NCBI GenBank assembly: GCA_035506175.1
Contig: DATJPZ010000103.1
Coordinates: 16,579 to 80,578 of the forward strand
DNA from: Thermoanaerobaculia bacterium
GTDB taxonomy: Bacteria > Acidobacteriota > Thermoanaerobaculia > UBA5066 > Gp7-AA6
DNA length: 64,000 nucleotides
Reading direction: 5' to 3'
Part shown: positions 8,425 to 16,656 of the stretch, one piece after another
Numbering within the stretch: position 1 is the stretch's first letter
Layout of the letters: every line of letters begins with the position of its first letter
Position numbers and translations under genes: made by a program
The notes under the pieces: generated by a model
What the model saw: only the letters and a program-made list of their open reading frames with translations
What the model was told of the DNA's origin: nothing
The model's database searches: none

Positions 8425-10422
8425 TCAGGCCGCCTTCGGCTTCTTCATCGCGCCGAACCAGAGGTAGAGGCAGAGAAGGACGAAGCCGGTGCAGCTGACG
8501 ATCTGCGACACCGGATCGTTGTCGTAGAAGGGCAGCTTGATCCGGTCCTCCCGGTACCAGCTCGTCAGCCGCAGCGCCGCGCCGAAGAGACCGCCGAGCG
8601 CGCCGCCGGCCATCAGGCCCGACGCGATGATGACCGCCCGCTCGCGCATCGAGGCCCCCGCCGCGCCGCCGACGCGGCTCGAACGCCTGGTCACGTAGTG
8701 CGCGATGAATCCGCCGACGAGCGCGCCCGAGTTCAGCTCGAGCGGGAGGTACATGCCGAGCGCCACGATCAGCGCCGGCACCTCGAGCATTTCCATGATG
8801 ACCGCGATCGCCGCGCCCGCGCCGAAGAGCACCCAGGGAACGGGCTGCCGGCTCATGAACCCTTCGACCAGCGCTTTCATGATCGAGGCCTGCGGCGAGA
8901 CGAGAACGGGCCGCGTGTCGCCGGGGGCGGCCTCCCCGAACTGAAACGTCTGCGCGAGCGCCACGATGACCAGGCCGACGACGACCGACGAGGCGATCGC
9001 GCCGTAGAACTTGACCTTCTCCTGCGCCGCGGGTGTCGAGCCCAGCCAGTAGCCGGTCTTCAGGTCCGTGATCGTCTGGCCCGAGACCGAGAGCGCCGTG
9101 CACACCATGCCCGCGATCGCCATCACGAAGAACATCCCGGTGCGGCCGGAGACGCCGAACTCGAGCAGGATGACCGAGGAGATGATGATCGTGAGCATCG
9201 TCATCCCCGAAACCGGGTTGCGCGCCGTCGTCGCGATCGCGTTGGCGGCGACCGACGTGAAGAAGAACGAGAAGACCAGGGTCAGCACGAGGCCGATGAC
9301 GAGCACCAGGGTCGAGGCCCCGAGATTGCCCAGGAAGATCGCGACGGCGACCGACGAGACGACGACGCCGATCAGGATCTTCGTGATCGCGACGTCCCGG
9401 TCGGTCCGCTCGATGCCTTCGCCCTCGCCGTGCTGGAAGGCCCGGGCGGCGATCGAGAACGACCCGACGACGATCTTGAGCGACTTGAGGATCCCGAAGA
9501 TGCCGGCCGTCGCGATCGCGCCGACGCCGACGTAGCGCACGTACCAGCGGTAGATCAGCGCGGCGCTCATCTCCGAGATCGGCATGGGCGCCGGGTAGAC
9601 CGGCGTCGGGATGTGCTGGCCGATCTTCCAGATGATCGGCACCAGCACGAAGTTCGACAGGACGCCGCCCGCGCACAGGAGCGTCGAGGCGCGCAGGCCC
9701 ATGACGTAGCCGAGGCCCAGGATGAACGCGATCGCGTCCATCCGGAGCACCACGCGGGCCTTGTCGGCCACCTCCCGCATCGCGGGGATGAACTGGAAGT
9801 CGACCGTCTCCTTCCAGACCTGGAACGTCGTCACGAAGAAGTCGTAGATCGCGGCGAGACCCGTGGCCTCCAGCAGCAGCTTCGCCTGCGAGCCGCCCTT
9901 CTCGCCGGTGATCAGGACCTCGGTGATCGCGGTCGCCTCGGGATACGGCAGCTTTCCGTGCATGTCGCGGACGAAGTAGCGCCGCAGCGGAATCAGGAAG
10001 AGGATGCCGAGACACGCGCCGGCCAGGCAGATGAAGATGGTCTGCCATGGGTGCGGGTCGAGCTTGAGGATGTAGAGCGCGGGCAGCGTGAAGATCGCTC
10101 CGGCGACGACGGAGCCCGAGACGCCGCCGATTCCCGTGATGATGACGTTCTCGAGCAGGCTCGAACGGCGGGCGTAGAGGCGCGCGAGCCCGATCGCCAG
10201 GATCGAGATCGGGATCGCCGCCTCCATCACCTGGCCGACCTTCAGGCCCGAGTACGCCGACGCGGCGGTGAAGATCGCGCAGAGAAACAGGCCCCAGAAC
10301 ACCGAGCGGGGCGTCGCCTCGGGCAGCGACGCCGAGGCCGGGATCACCGGCGCGTACGCTTCGCCGGGCGAGAGAGGCCGATACGCGTTCTCGGGCAGCG
10401 ACTTCGACTCGGGCGCGTCCAT
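8425..10422 (-). CDS. OPT family oligopeptide transporter
   Basis: About 16 TM segments. LPYPEATAITEVL and other OPT-like blocks. GGGAGGA lies 3 nt upstream of ATG 10422, so the ORF-track start at 10512 is less likely. Confidence 0.85.
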   Translation of the reverse strand: MDAPESKSLPENAYRPLSPGEAYAPVIPASASLPEATPRSVFWGLFLCAIFTAASAYSGLKVGQVMEAAIPISILAIGLARLYARRSSLLENVIITGIGGVSGSVVAGAIFTLPALYILKLDPHPWQTIFICLAGACLGILFLIPLRRYFVRDMHGKLPYPEATAITEVLITGEKGGSQAKLLLEATGLAAIYDFFVTTFQVWKETVDFQFIPAMREVADKARVVLRMDAIAFILGLGYVMGLRASTLLCAGGVLSNFVLVPIIWKIGQHIPTPVYPAPMPISEMSAALIYRWYVRYVGVGAIATAGIFGILKSLKIVVGSFSIAARAFQHGEGEGIERTDRDVAITKILIGVVVSSVAVAIFLGNLGASTLVLVIGLVLTLVFSFFFTSVAANAIATTARNPVSGMTMLTIIISSVILLEFGVSGRTGMFFVMAIAGMVCTALSVSGQTITDLKTGYWLGSTPAAQEKVKFYGAIASSVVVGLVIVALAQTFQFGEAAPGDTRPVLVSPQASIMKALVEGFMSRQPVPWVLFGAGAAIAVIMEMLEVPALIVALGMYLPLELNSGALVGGFIAHYVTRRSSRVGGAAGASMRERAVIIASGLMAGGALGGLFGAALRLTSWYREDRIKLPFYDNDPVSQIVSCTGFVLLCLYLWFGAMKKPKAA

Positions 10423-10523
10423 CGGTCCTCCCGCGGCGCCATGGGCGTATCGTCTCCGGGTCCGGCCGGCCGCGATTTCCGCGGAGTCTACCGGAGTGGC
10501 CGGCGCGGGCAAGGAGGCGGTCG

Positions 10524-10964
10524 ATGACCCTGACGGACCCGACGCGGCGCGCCTGGGCGGTCCTCTTCGCGCGGGGCGTCCTCGGCCTGATCTTCTTCAT
10601 GGCCGGCGTGTACAAGGTCTTCACGCTCACGCCCGCGGGCCACGCCCACAAGTGGTTCGTCGAACCTTACGCGGACACGTTCCTTCCGATGTGGTCGCTC
10701 TGGTTGACCGGCGTGACCATCCCCGTCGTCGAGCTCGTCGCGGGCGGTCTCGTGATCCTCGGCTGGCGCGTCGACGAGGCGCTCGTCGCTCTCGGCGTCG
10801 TCCTCCTGATCGTCACGTTCGGCCACCTCTTGAAAGAGCCGCTCTACGAGTTTCACACCCACGTCATCCCCCGCCTGGCGCTGCTGCTCTTCGTCCTCAT
10901 GGTGCCGCGGGAGGCCGACCGCTTCTCGCTCGACGCCGTCCGCTCCCGCCGGGCGGCCCGTTGA
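10524..10964 (+). CDS. DoxX-family membrane protein
   Basis: AAGGAGG upstream. Four TM segments (ARGVLGLIFFMAGVYK..., VELVAGGLVILGW...). Confidence 0.65.
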   Translation: MTLTDPTRRAWAVLFARGVLGLIFFMAGVYKVFTLTPAGHAHKWFVEPYADTFLPMWSLWLTGVTIPVVELVAGGLVILGWRVDEALVALGVVLLIVTFGHLLKEPLYEFHTHVIPRLALLLFVLMVPREADRFSLDAVRSRRAAR

Positions 10965-11623
10965 CCCGTCGAGCGGCCGCGGCTCTCGCCGCCGGGATCC
11001 TTCTCGCCTCGGCCGCCCGAGCGCAGGAGAGCCCGATCGACATCGCGATCCGCATGGCCGAGGCCCTCGCGAAGACCGCCGCGGCGAATCCCCCGGCGCC
11101 GCCGCTGACGCCGACGCCGCTGCCCTTCAAGGAGCCGAAGCCGCTCGAGGTCCTGCCGGACTGGTCCTCGGTCGACGCGATCGTGACCGCGCTCTACGCG
11201 TCGGTCAGCCACGGCCCGGACTACGAGCCCAACTGGACCCGGCTGCGGGGGCTCTTTCTGCCGCAGGCCATCGTCGTGCCGCCGAAGCCTCCCGACGCCG
11301 AGGCCTTCACCGTCCTCGACGGCGAACAGTTCGAGGCGCGCGTCCGCCGCTACATCGCGAGCCGACGCGAGCGCCACGAGCGCCTCGGATTCACCGAGCG
11401 GGAAATCGCGCGCCGCGAGCGCTGCTTCGGACACGTGTGTCAGGTTTTCTCGACTTACGAGACGCTCTACGCGCCGCGCGATCCGCAGCCGTTCACGCGG
11501 GGCGTCCACTCGATCCAGCTCGTCGACGACGGCCGCCGCTGGTGGATCGCCGCGCTCGTCTGGGACGTCGAGCGCCCCGACAAGCCCATCCCTCGCGCCC
11601 TGCTGCCGACTGAAATACGATGA
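10961..11623 (+). CDS. Secreted NTF2-like (DUF4440-like) protein, paralog A
   Basis: TTG start overlapping the DoxX stop. Signal peptide. Shares CFGxVCQVFSTYE and SIQLVxDGxRWWIA blocks with the next gene. Confidence 0.55.
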   Translation: MTRRAAAALAAGILLASAARAQESPIDIAIRMAEALAKTAAANPPAPPLTPTPLPFKEPKPLEVLPDWSSVDAIVTALYASVSHGPDYEPNWTRLRGLFLPQAIVVPPKPPDAEAFTVLDGEQFEARVRRYIASRRERHERLGFTEREIARRERCFGHVCQVFSTYETLYAPRDPQPFTRGVHSIQLVDDGRRWWIAALVWDVERPDKPIPRALLPTEIR

Positions 11624-11657
11624 CCGCCAGGCTCGTAACGCTCATGAGGAGATCTCG

Positions 11658-12386
11658 ATGAAGAAGCTCTCGTCCACCGCCGGCGCGGCGCTCCTGGTTG
11701 CCGCCGCGTGGCCTCTGTCCGCGCAGGTGATGAACCAGCCGACGCCGCCGCCCGTCAGGAGCACCCTCGGCGTCACGCCCGGGGTGAAGCTGCACGACCC
11801 CAATGCCGAGGCCGAGGCCATGCGGATGCCGACGCCCGGCGGCCCGGTGGACCACCGGCCGGCCGCGCCACGCTCGGCCGCTCATCCCTCCGACAACGAC
11901 GGCGCTTCCGTGGACTCGATCCTCGCCGCCCTGTACGCGTCCGTCTCGCACGACGAGGCGTCGACGCCGAACTGGGAGCGGATGCGGAACATGTTCCTGC
12001 AGGTCGGCATGCTGATCCCGCCGAAGAACCCGAAGAGCGAGCTCTTCACGGTCCTCGACGTCGACGGCTTCGAGGAGCGCGTCAAGCAGGGCATCGCCTC
12101 GACGAAGGCCAAGGGAGACCCGACGTCGTTCTTCGAGAAGGAGATCGCCCGCCGGACCGACTGTTTCGGAAACGTCTGCCAGGTTTTCTCGACCTACGAG
12201 TCGCGCCGCGCGCCCTCCGACGAGAAGCCGTTCGTCCGCGGCATCAACAGCATCCAGCTCGTCAACGACGGGCACCGCTGGTGGATCGCGTCGGTGGCCT
12301 GGGACCAGGAGCGGCCGGACAACCCGATCCCGCCGCAGTACCTGCCGAACAACCCGTTGCCCGCGGAGTACCTGAAGAAAAACTGA
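11658..12386 (+). CDS. Secreted NTF2-like (DUF4440-like) protein, paralog B
   Basis: AGGAG upstream of the ATG. Signal peptide MKKLSSTAGAALLVAAAWPLSA. Clear paralog of 10961-11623. Confidence 0.7.
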   Translation: MKKLSSTAGAALLVAAAWPLSAQVMNQPTPPPVRSTLGVTPGVKLHDPNAEAEAMRMPTPGGPVDHRPAAPRSAAHPSDNDGASVDSILAALYASVSHDEASTPNWERMRNMFLQVGMLIPPKNPKSELFTVLDVDGFEERVKQGIASTKAKGDPTSFFEKEIARRTDCFGNVCQVFSTYESRRAPSDEKPFVRGINSIQLVNDGHRWWIASVAWDQERPDNPIPPQYLPNNPLPAEYLKKN

Positions 12387-12401
12387 AGCCGGCGCGGTCC
12401 T

Positions 12402-13520
12402 CTACCCGAGGGCCTGGGCGAGGTCCTCGACGAGGTCGTCGGGGTGCTCGAGTCCGATCGAGACGCGCAGCAGGTTCTGCGGCGTCGGCGAGCCGGGGCC
12501 CTCGCTCGACGCGCGGTGCTCGATCAGGCTCTCGGTGCCGCCGAGGCTCGTCGCATTGACGAAGACCTTGAGACGCGACGTCGCGCGCAGGGCCGCGTCC
12601 CGGCCGCCGCGCACGCGGAACGAGAGCATCCCGCCGAACGCCGACATCTGACGCCGCGCGATCGCGTGGCCCGGATGCGAGGCGAGGCCGGGATAGTGGA
12701 CCGCCTCGACCGCCGGGTGCGCCTCGAGAGAGCGGGCCACCGCGAGCGCGTTGGCCGACTGCCGCTCCACACGACACGCGAGCGTCCGCACGCCGCGCAG
12801 AACGAGCCACGAGTTGAACGGCGAGGCGACGCCGCCGACGATCTTGCGCACGTGCGCGGCCTTCTCGAAGACCTCGCCGGCTTTCCGAAAGACGAGCGCG
12901 CCGCCCTGGACGTCGCTGTGGCCGCCGAGGTACTTCGTGGTCGAGTGGTGCACGGCGTCGGCGCCGAGCTCGAGCGGCCTCTGGAGCGCCGGCGTCGCGA
13001 AGGTCCCGTCGACCGCCAGCAGCGCGCTGGCGCCGCGCGCGATCTCGGCCAGCGCCGAAAGGTCCGCGATCTGCATCAGCGGGTTCGAGGGCGACTCGGC
13101 CCACAGGAGGCGCGTGCTCGGTCTCACCGCCGCGCGCACCGCGGCGAGATCCGTCATGTCGACCGCGGTCGCCTCGATGCCCCACCGCGGCAGGAACTCC
13201 GTCGCGAGCGCCCGGACGCCGTAATAGACGTCCGAGGGATAGACCACGTGCGCGCCGGGTGGAAGGGCCTGGAAAAACGCCGCCGCGGCGCCCATGCCGG
13301 AGCCGAACGCGAGCGCGGTCTCGCCGCCCTCGAGCGCCGCCAGGGTCTCCTCGAGCCGCGTCTGCGTCGGATTGGCGTCGCGGATGTACATGTAGCCGAG
13401 CGGCGTCTCGGCCGCCGGACCGTGTTCGAACGTCGTGGACAGATGGATCGGCGGTGCGACGGAACCCGTCGCCGCGTCCGGCGTGCCGCCGGCGTGGACC
13501 GCCCGCGTCTCGAATCTCAT
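12402..13520 (-). CDS. PLP-dependent Cys/Met metabolism enzyme (cystathionine gamma-synthase/beta- or gamma-lyase family)
   Basis: AVHAG...PPIHLSTTF...ALAFGSGMGA...ESPSNPL...HSTTKYLGGHSD (PLP lysine motif). Confidence 0.85.
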   Translation of the reverse strand: MRFETRAVHAGGTPDAATGSVAPPIHLSTTFEHGPAAETPLGYMYIRDANPTQTRLEETLAALEGGETALAFGSGMGAAAAFFQALPPGAHVVYPSDVYYGVRALATEFLPRWGIEATAVDMTDLAAVRAAVRPSTRLLWAESPSNPLMQIADLSALAEIARGASALLAVDGTFATPALQRPLELGADAVHHSTTKYLGGHSDVQGGALVFRKAGEVFEKAAHVRKIVGGVASPFNSWLVLRGVRTLACRVERQSANALAVARSLEAHPAVEAVHYPGLASHPGHAIARRQMSAFGGMLSFRVRGGRDAALRATSRLKVFVNATSLGGTESLIEHRASSEGPGSPTPQNLLRVSIGLEHPDDLVEDLAQALG

Positions 13521-13562
13521 GGCCGACCTCCTGCGCCCGGCGCTGCCGCGCCCGCGGCGCCG

Positions 13563-14462
13563 CTACGGGGAAAGGCCCGGCTCGTACTCGTCGACGAACT
13601 CGAGAAACCGGCTGACCTCGACCATGTCCTTGCCCTTGAACCGGATCGCGTGCGCGTCCGTCCGCTCGACGATCGGCAGGTACGCGAGGACTTCGGCCGG
13701 CCGGTAGTTCTTGAAGCGCAGGTCGAGCGTCACCGGCGTCGTCACGACGAAGGGCTTGCGCGCGCGCCGCTCGGCGATCGCCCGCCGGGCGGCCTCGCGA
13801 ATGACGTCGCACGAGGCCTCGGGCGTCAGCGTCCGCGCCGAGTGAAAGCCGTAGTTCCATTTGACCGTCGCGGTCGAAAGCGGGCCGAGCAGCGCCGTCG
13901 CTTCCTTCACGATCGCGTCGTCGCCGGTCAGGAGCACGACCGGCACGCCGAAGCTGCCGGCGATCGCCGCGTTCAACCCCGCCTCGGGCATCGACACGCC
14001 GTTCAAGCGCAGATCCGCCAGATGCGCGGAGGACATCGTGTGGGCGCGGACGCCTTCCGGATTCGTCGTCGAGGCGTGGTAGCCGACGAACATCACGGCG
14101 TCGAAGGTGGCGTCGATGCCCTGCATCATCGCCAGCGGCCGCGGCCACGAGCGGACGATCTGGACGTCCTTCGGAAAACGCTCGATCAGGAGGTTCTCGC
14201 CGTTGCCGTGCGAGTCGGACACCAGGAACTCCGTCGCGCCCGCCGCCCGAGCGCCCTCGATCGCCGCGAGGGCCTCGTTGGTCATGAACCCGCGGAAGCG
14301 CTCGTACTCGAAGCCGGGCGGGCCCAGCTGGTCTCCCGTCACGACGCCGGCGACGCCTTCCATGTCGACCGAGACGTAGACCTTCAGCTTCGGCTGCGCG
14401 GCGGCCGCCCGGGAAACCGCGGCCGCGAGAGCGGCGGCGAGAACGAGCCGGCGGAGCGTCAT
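13563..14462 (-). CDS. D-aminopeptidase DppA-like (peptidase M55)
   Basis: Signal peptide, then KVYVSVDMEGVAGV...SDSHGNG...FVGYHA, which are hallmark M55 blocks. Confidence 0.8.
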   Translation of the reverse strand: MTLRRLVLAAALAAAVSRAAAAQPKLKVYVSVDMEGVAGVVTGDQLGPPGFEYERFRGFMTNEALAAIEGARAAGATEFLVSDSHGNGENLLIERFPKDVQIVRSWPRPLAMMQGIDATFDAVMFVGYHASTTNPEGVRAHTMSSAHLADLRLNGVSMPEAGLNAAIAGSFGVPVVLLTGDDAIVKEATALLGPLSTATVKWNYGFHSARTLTPEASCDVIREAARRAIAERRARKPFVVTTPVTLDLRFKNYRPAEVLAYLPIVERTDAHAIRFKGKDMVEVSRFLEFVDEYEPGLSP

Positions 14463-14478
14463 CGGCGTCTCCCTCGCG

Positions 14479-15249
14479 TCAGCCGACCGTCGGCGTCGGC
14501 GAGAGCTCCTCCGACGGCGAGCGCTTCTTCGGCTGGGGCATCACGAACCGCGAATCGTCGATCGGGACGTTCAGCTCGATCCTGTCGAATTTCAGCGACT
14601 GCGCCTGTCCGCCGCCGCTCGACGTGGCGGTGAAGGAGTGGGGCAGGACGAGCTCCCCCACCTTCCGGTAGTCCCCCACCTCGGACCGGATCTCGAGCTC
14701 GACGCCGCCGATCTTCTTCTTCGTGACCGTGACCGACTGCAGGAACGTCTTCGGGTCGAGATACACGAAGCGCACCTCGCCGGACTTCAGCGTGACCTTC
14801 AGCTTCCAGTCCTCGGTCCGGAAATCCGCGTCGTGGCCGAGCAGCTCCACCTTGCTCCCCTTCTGCTTGTAGTCGACGAGCGGCCCGTCGAGGTCGGCCT
14901 GCTGTTCGGCCTCGGCGCTCTCTTCGGCCGACATGGGCTCGGGCTCGGTCTGGCCCGCGAACGGAATCCACATCCAGCCGGCCTTGCCGTCGAAGGCCTG
15001 GACGGCCGTCTGCCCGTCCACCCGGAACTCCCAGCGGCTCTTGTTCGGGCGCTTCAGCTCCAGGACCGACGGCATCGACTCGTCGCCGCCCGTCATCGTC
15101 CCCGTCAGGCGCATCGTCTGGACGGCCTTGAGGTTTTCGAGTCCCCCGCGCGCCTCGATGTTCTTCGCGATCAGCTCGTCGGCGGTCTCCCCGGCGGCCA
15201 GAGCCGCCGCGGCGAACAATCCCGCCGCCGCCAATCCCCGGATCCCCAT
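14479..15249 (-). CDS. Outer-membrane lipoprotein-sorting (LolA-like) protein
   Basis: Signal peptide. ADELIAKNIEARGGLENLKAVQTMRLTG... is typical of LolA-like 'outer membrane lipoprotein-sorting protein' families. Confidence 0.6.
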   Translation of the reverse strand: MGIRGLAAAGLFAAAALAAGETADELIAKNIEARGGLENLKAVQTMRLTGTMTGGDESMPSVLELKRPNKSRWEFRVDGQTAVQAFDGKAGWMWIPFAGQTEPEPMSAEESAEAEQQADLDGPLVDYKQKGSKVELLGHDADFRTEDWKLKVTLKSGEVRFVYLDPKTFLQSVTVTKKKIGGVELEIRSEVGDYRKVGELVLPHSFTATSSGGGQAQSLKFDRIELNVPIDDSRFVMPQPKKRSPSEELSPTPTVG

Positions 15250-15349
15250 GTCGCCTCCTCGGTCCTCCGTCGGGCGGGACTCTACCGCAGCCGACCTCGC
15301 CGGCCGGGTGTATAAGAGGCCCCACCAGGACGCGCCAAGGAGGTCTCTC

Positions 15350-15634
15350 GTGGACTACAAACCGGCGCCGCGCGACACCTCGAGCGTCCGATTGCCGCGT
15401 GATCTCGCCGAGTTGACCGAGCTCCTCGCCCGCAACACGCACGAAAACTGGGCGCGCCGCCGCATGGACGAGGGCTGGACCTGGGGCCCCGAGCGCGACG
15501 ATTCACGGAAGAAGCACCCGTCGCTCGTCCCCTACGAGCGGCTGTCGGAGTCGGAGAAGGACTACGACCGCACGACCGCGATGGAGACCGTCAAGACGAT
15601 CCTCGCGCTCGGCTACCGGATCGAAAAGCGATGA
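15350..15634 (+). CDS. Stand-alone RyR-domain protein (94 aa)
   Basis: AAGGAGG 6 nt upstream of GTG 15350. LARNTHENWARRRMDEGWTWGPERDDSRKKHPSLVPYERLSESEKDYDR matches the RyR repeat pattern. Confidence 0.75.
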   Translation: MDYKPAPRDTSSVRLPRDLAELTELLARNTHENWARRRMDEGWTWGPERDDSRKKHPSLVPYERLSESEKDYDRTTAMETVKTILALGYRIEKR

Positions 15635-16641
15635 GCGACGCGACGGGCGCCGTCAACGCGGCTTACGACGAAGCGGAGCGCCACGCCTCCCGGTTCCGCC
15701 GCCTCCACATGATCGTCACGTCGATCGCCGTGGTGCTTGGCACCGTCGCTTTGATCATCGCTCTGGCAGGCCTGTCGTTTCCGCCTCCGCCTTCTCCCCC
15801 GCACGGGCCGCCGACGACGATTCCAGAAGCCCCTGCCGCGGACGGCATCTGGCCGACGACGGAATTTGCGCTGGCCCTGGGCTCCGCCTTCCTGGTGGCC
15901 CTCGGGATCGCGACCCGGCTGCAGAAGCGCTGGCTCTTGTATCGATACAAGGCCGAGCGCTACCGCAGCCTCCGCTTCAACGTCACGATCCAGCCGGCCG
16001 TCTGGATCGCCGAGAAGCCCTCGACGAATCCCGCGGAACACCTCACCCGAAAGGAGCTCGACGAAGTCGAACTGCTCGGGCTGGACGATCTGACGGCGAT
16101 CGCGGAATCGGAGGAGCCTCTGGTGATTCCGGACCCCGCCGAATGCGCGAAGGTCGATCCCGCCTGTCTGCCGCCGCTCATCGCGGACTACCTGAAGAAT
16201 CGCCTCAACCCTCAGATCGAGTACCTCGGCAAGCTGAGCAAGCGTCAGGAGAACCTCTGGCTTCCGGGCTCCTCGCTCGCTCCGTTCGCGTTCTTCGTCA
16301 GCGTCGTGTTCGTCGTCCTGCATTACGTCGCCGAGAGCCGCTGGTTTCTGTTCCTGTCGGCGGCGCTGCCGGTGGTCTGGGCCGGCTACCGCACCTGGCG
16401 AAGCGCCAACGAGCAGGAGCGCAACGCCTCGCGGTCGAAGGCCAAGCTCGCCGTCCTTCTGGCGCGCGCGGCGACGCTCGATCGGTGCGCGGACGAGGCG
16501 GACCCGTCGAAATCTCCGGCTGTCACGCGGCGCCCCGACCCCTTCCTCGTCTTCAGCACGCTCGCGATGGCCGAGAATCTGCTGCGCAACGAGCTCCAGG
16601 AATGGCTCAGGCTCATGCTGCCCACCGAGTGGTTCTCGTAA
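15631..16641 (+). CDS. Four-TM membrane protein with two SLATT/DUF4231-like 2TM modules
   Basis: ATGA overlap with the RyR gene. There are two hydrophobic hairpins (LHMIVTSIAVVLGTVALIIALAGL / FALALGSAFLVALGIATRL, and LAPFAFFVSVVFVVLHYV / FLFLSAALPVVWAGY). Each is followed by a charged helix (QKRWLLYRYKAERYRSLRF; RTWRSANEQERNASRSKAKL). Confidence 0.6.
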   Translation: MSDATGAVNAAYDEAERHASRFRRLHMIVTSIAVVLGTVALIIALAGLSFPPPPSPPHGPPTTIPEAPAADGIWPTTEFALALGSAFLVALGIATRLQKRWLLYRYKAERYRSLRFNVTIQPAVWIAEKPSTNPAEHLTRKELDEVELLGLDDLTAIAESEEPLVIPDPAECAKVDPACLPPLIADYLKNRLNPQIEYLGKLSKRQENLWLPGSSLAPFAFFVSVVFVVLHYVAESRWFLFLSAALPVVWAGYRTWRSANEQERNASRSKAKLAVLLARAATLDRCADEADPSKSPAVTRRPDPFLVFSTLAMAENLLRNELQEWLRLMLPTEWFS

Positions 16642-16656
16642 AGGGCGAGGAGCGCG

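Noticed and set aside
8294-10651. 785-aa minus-strand ORF and 609-aa plus-strand ORF over the OPT transporter locus
   Set aside because: They are shadow frames. The OPT frame (8425-10422) has coherent TM helices and family motifs.
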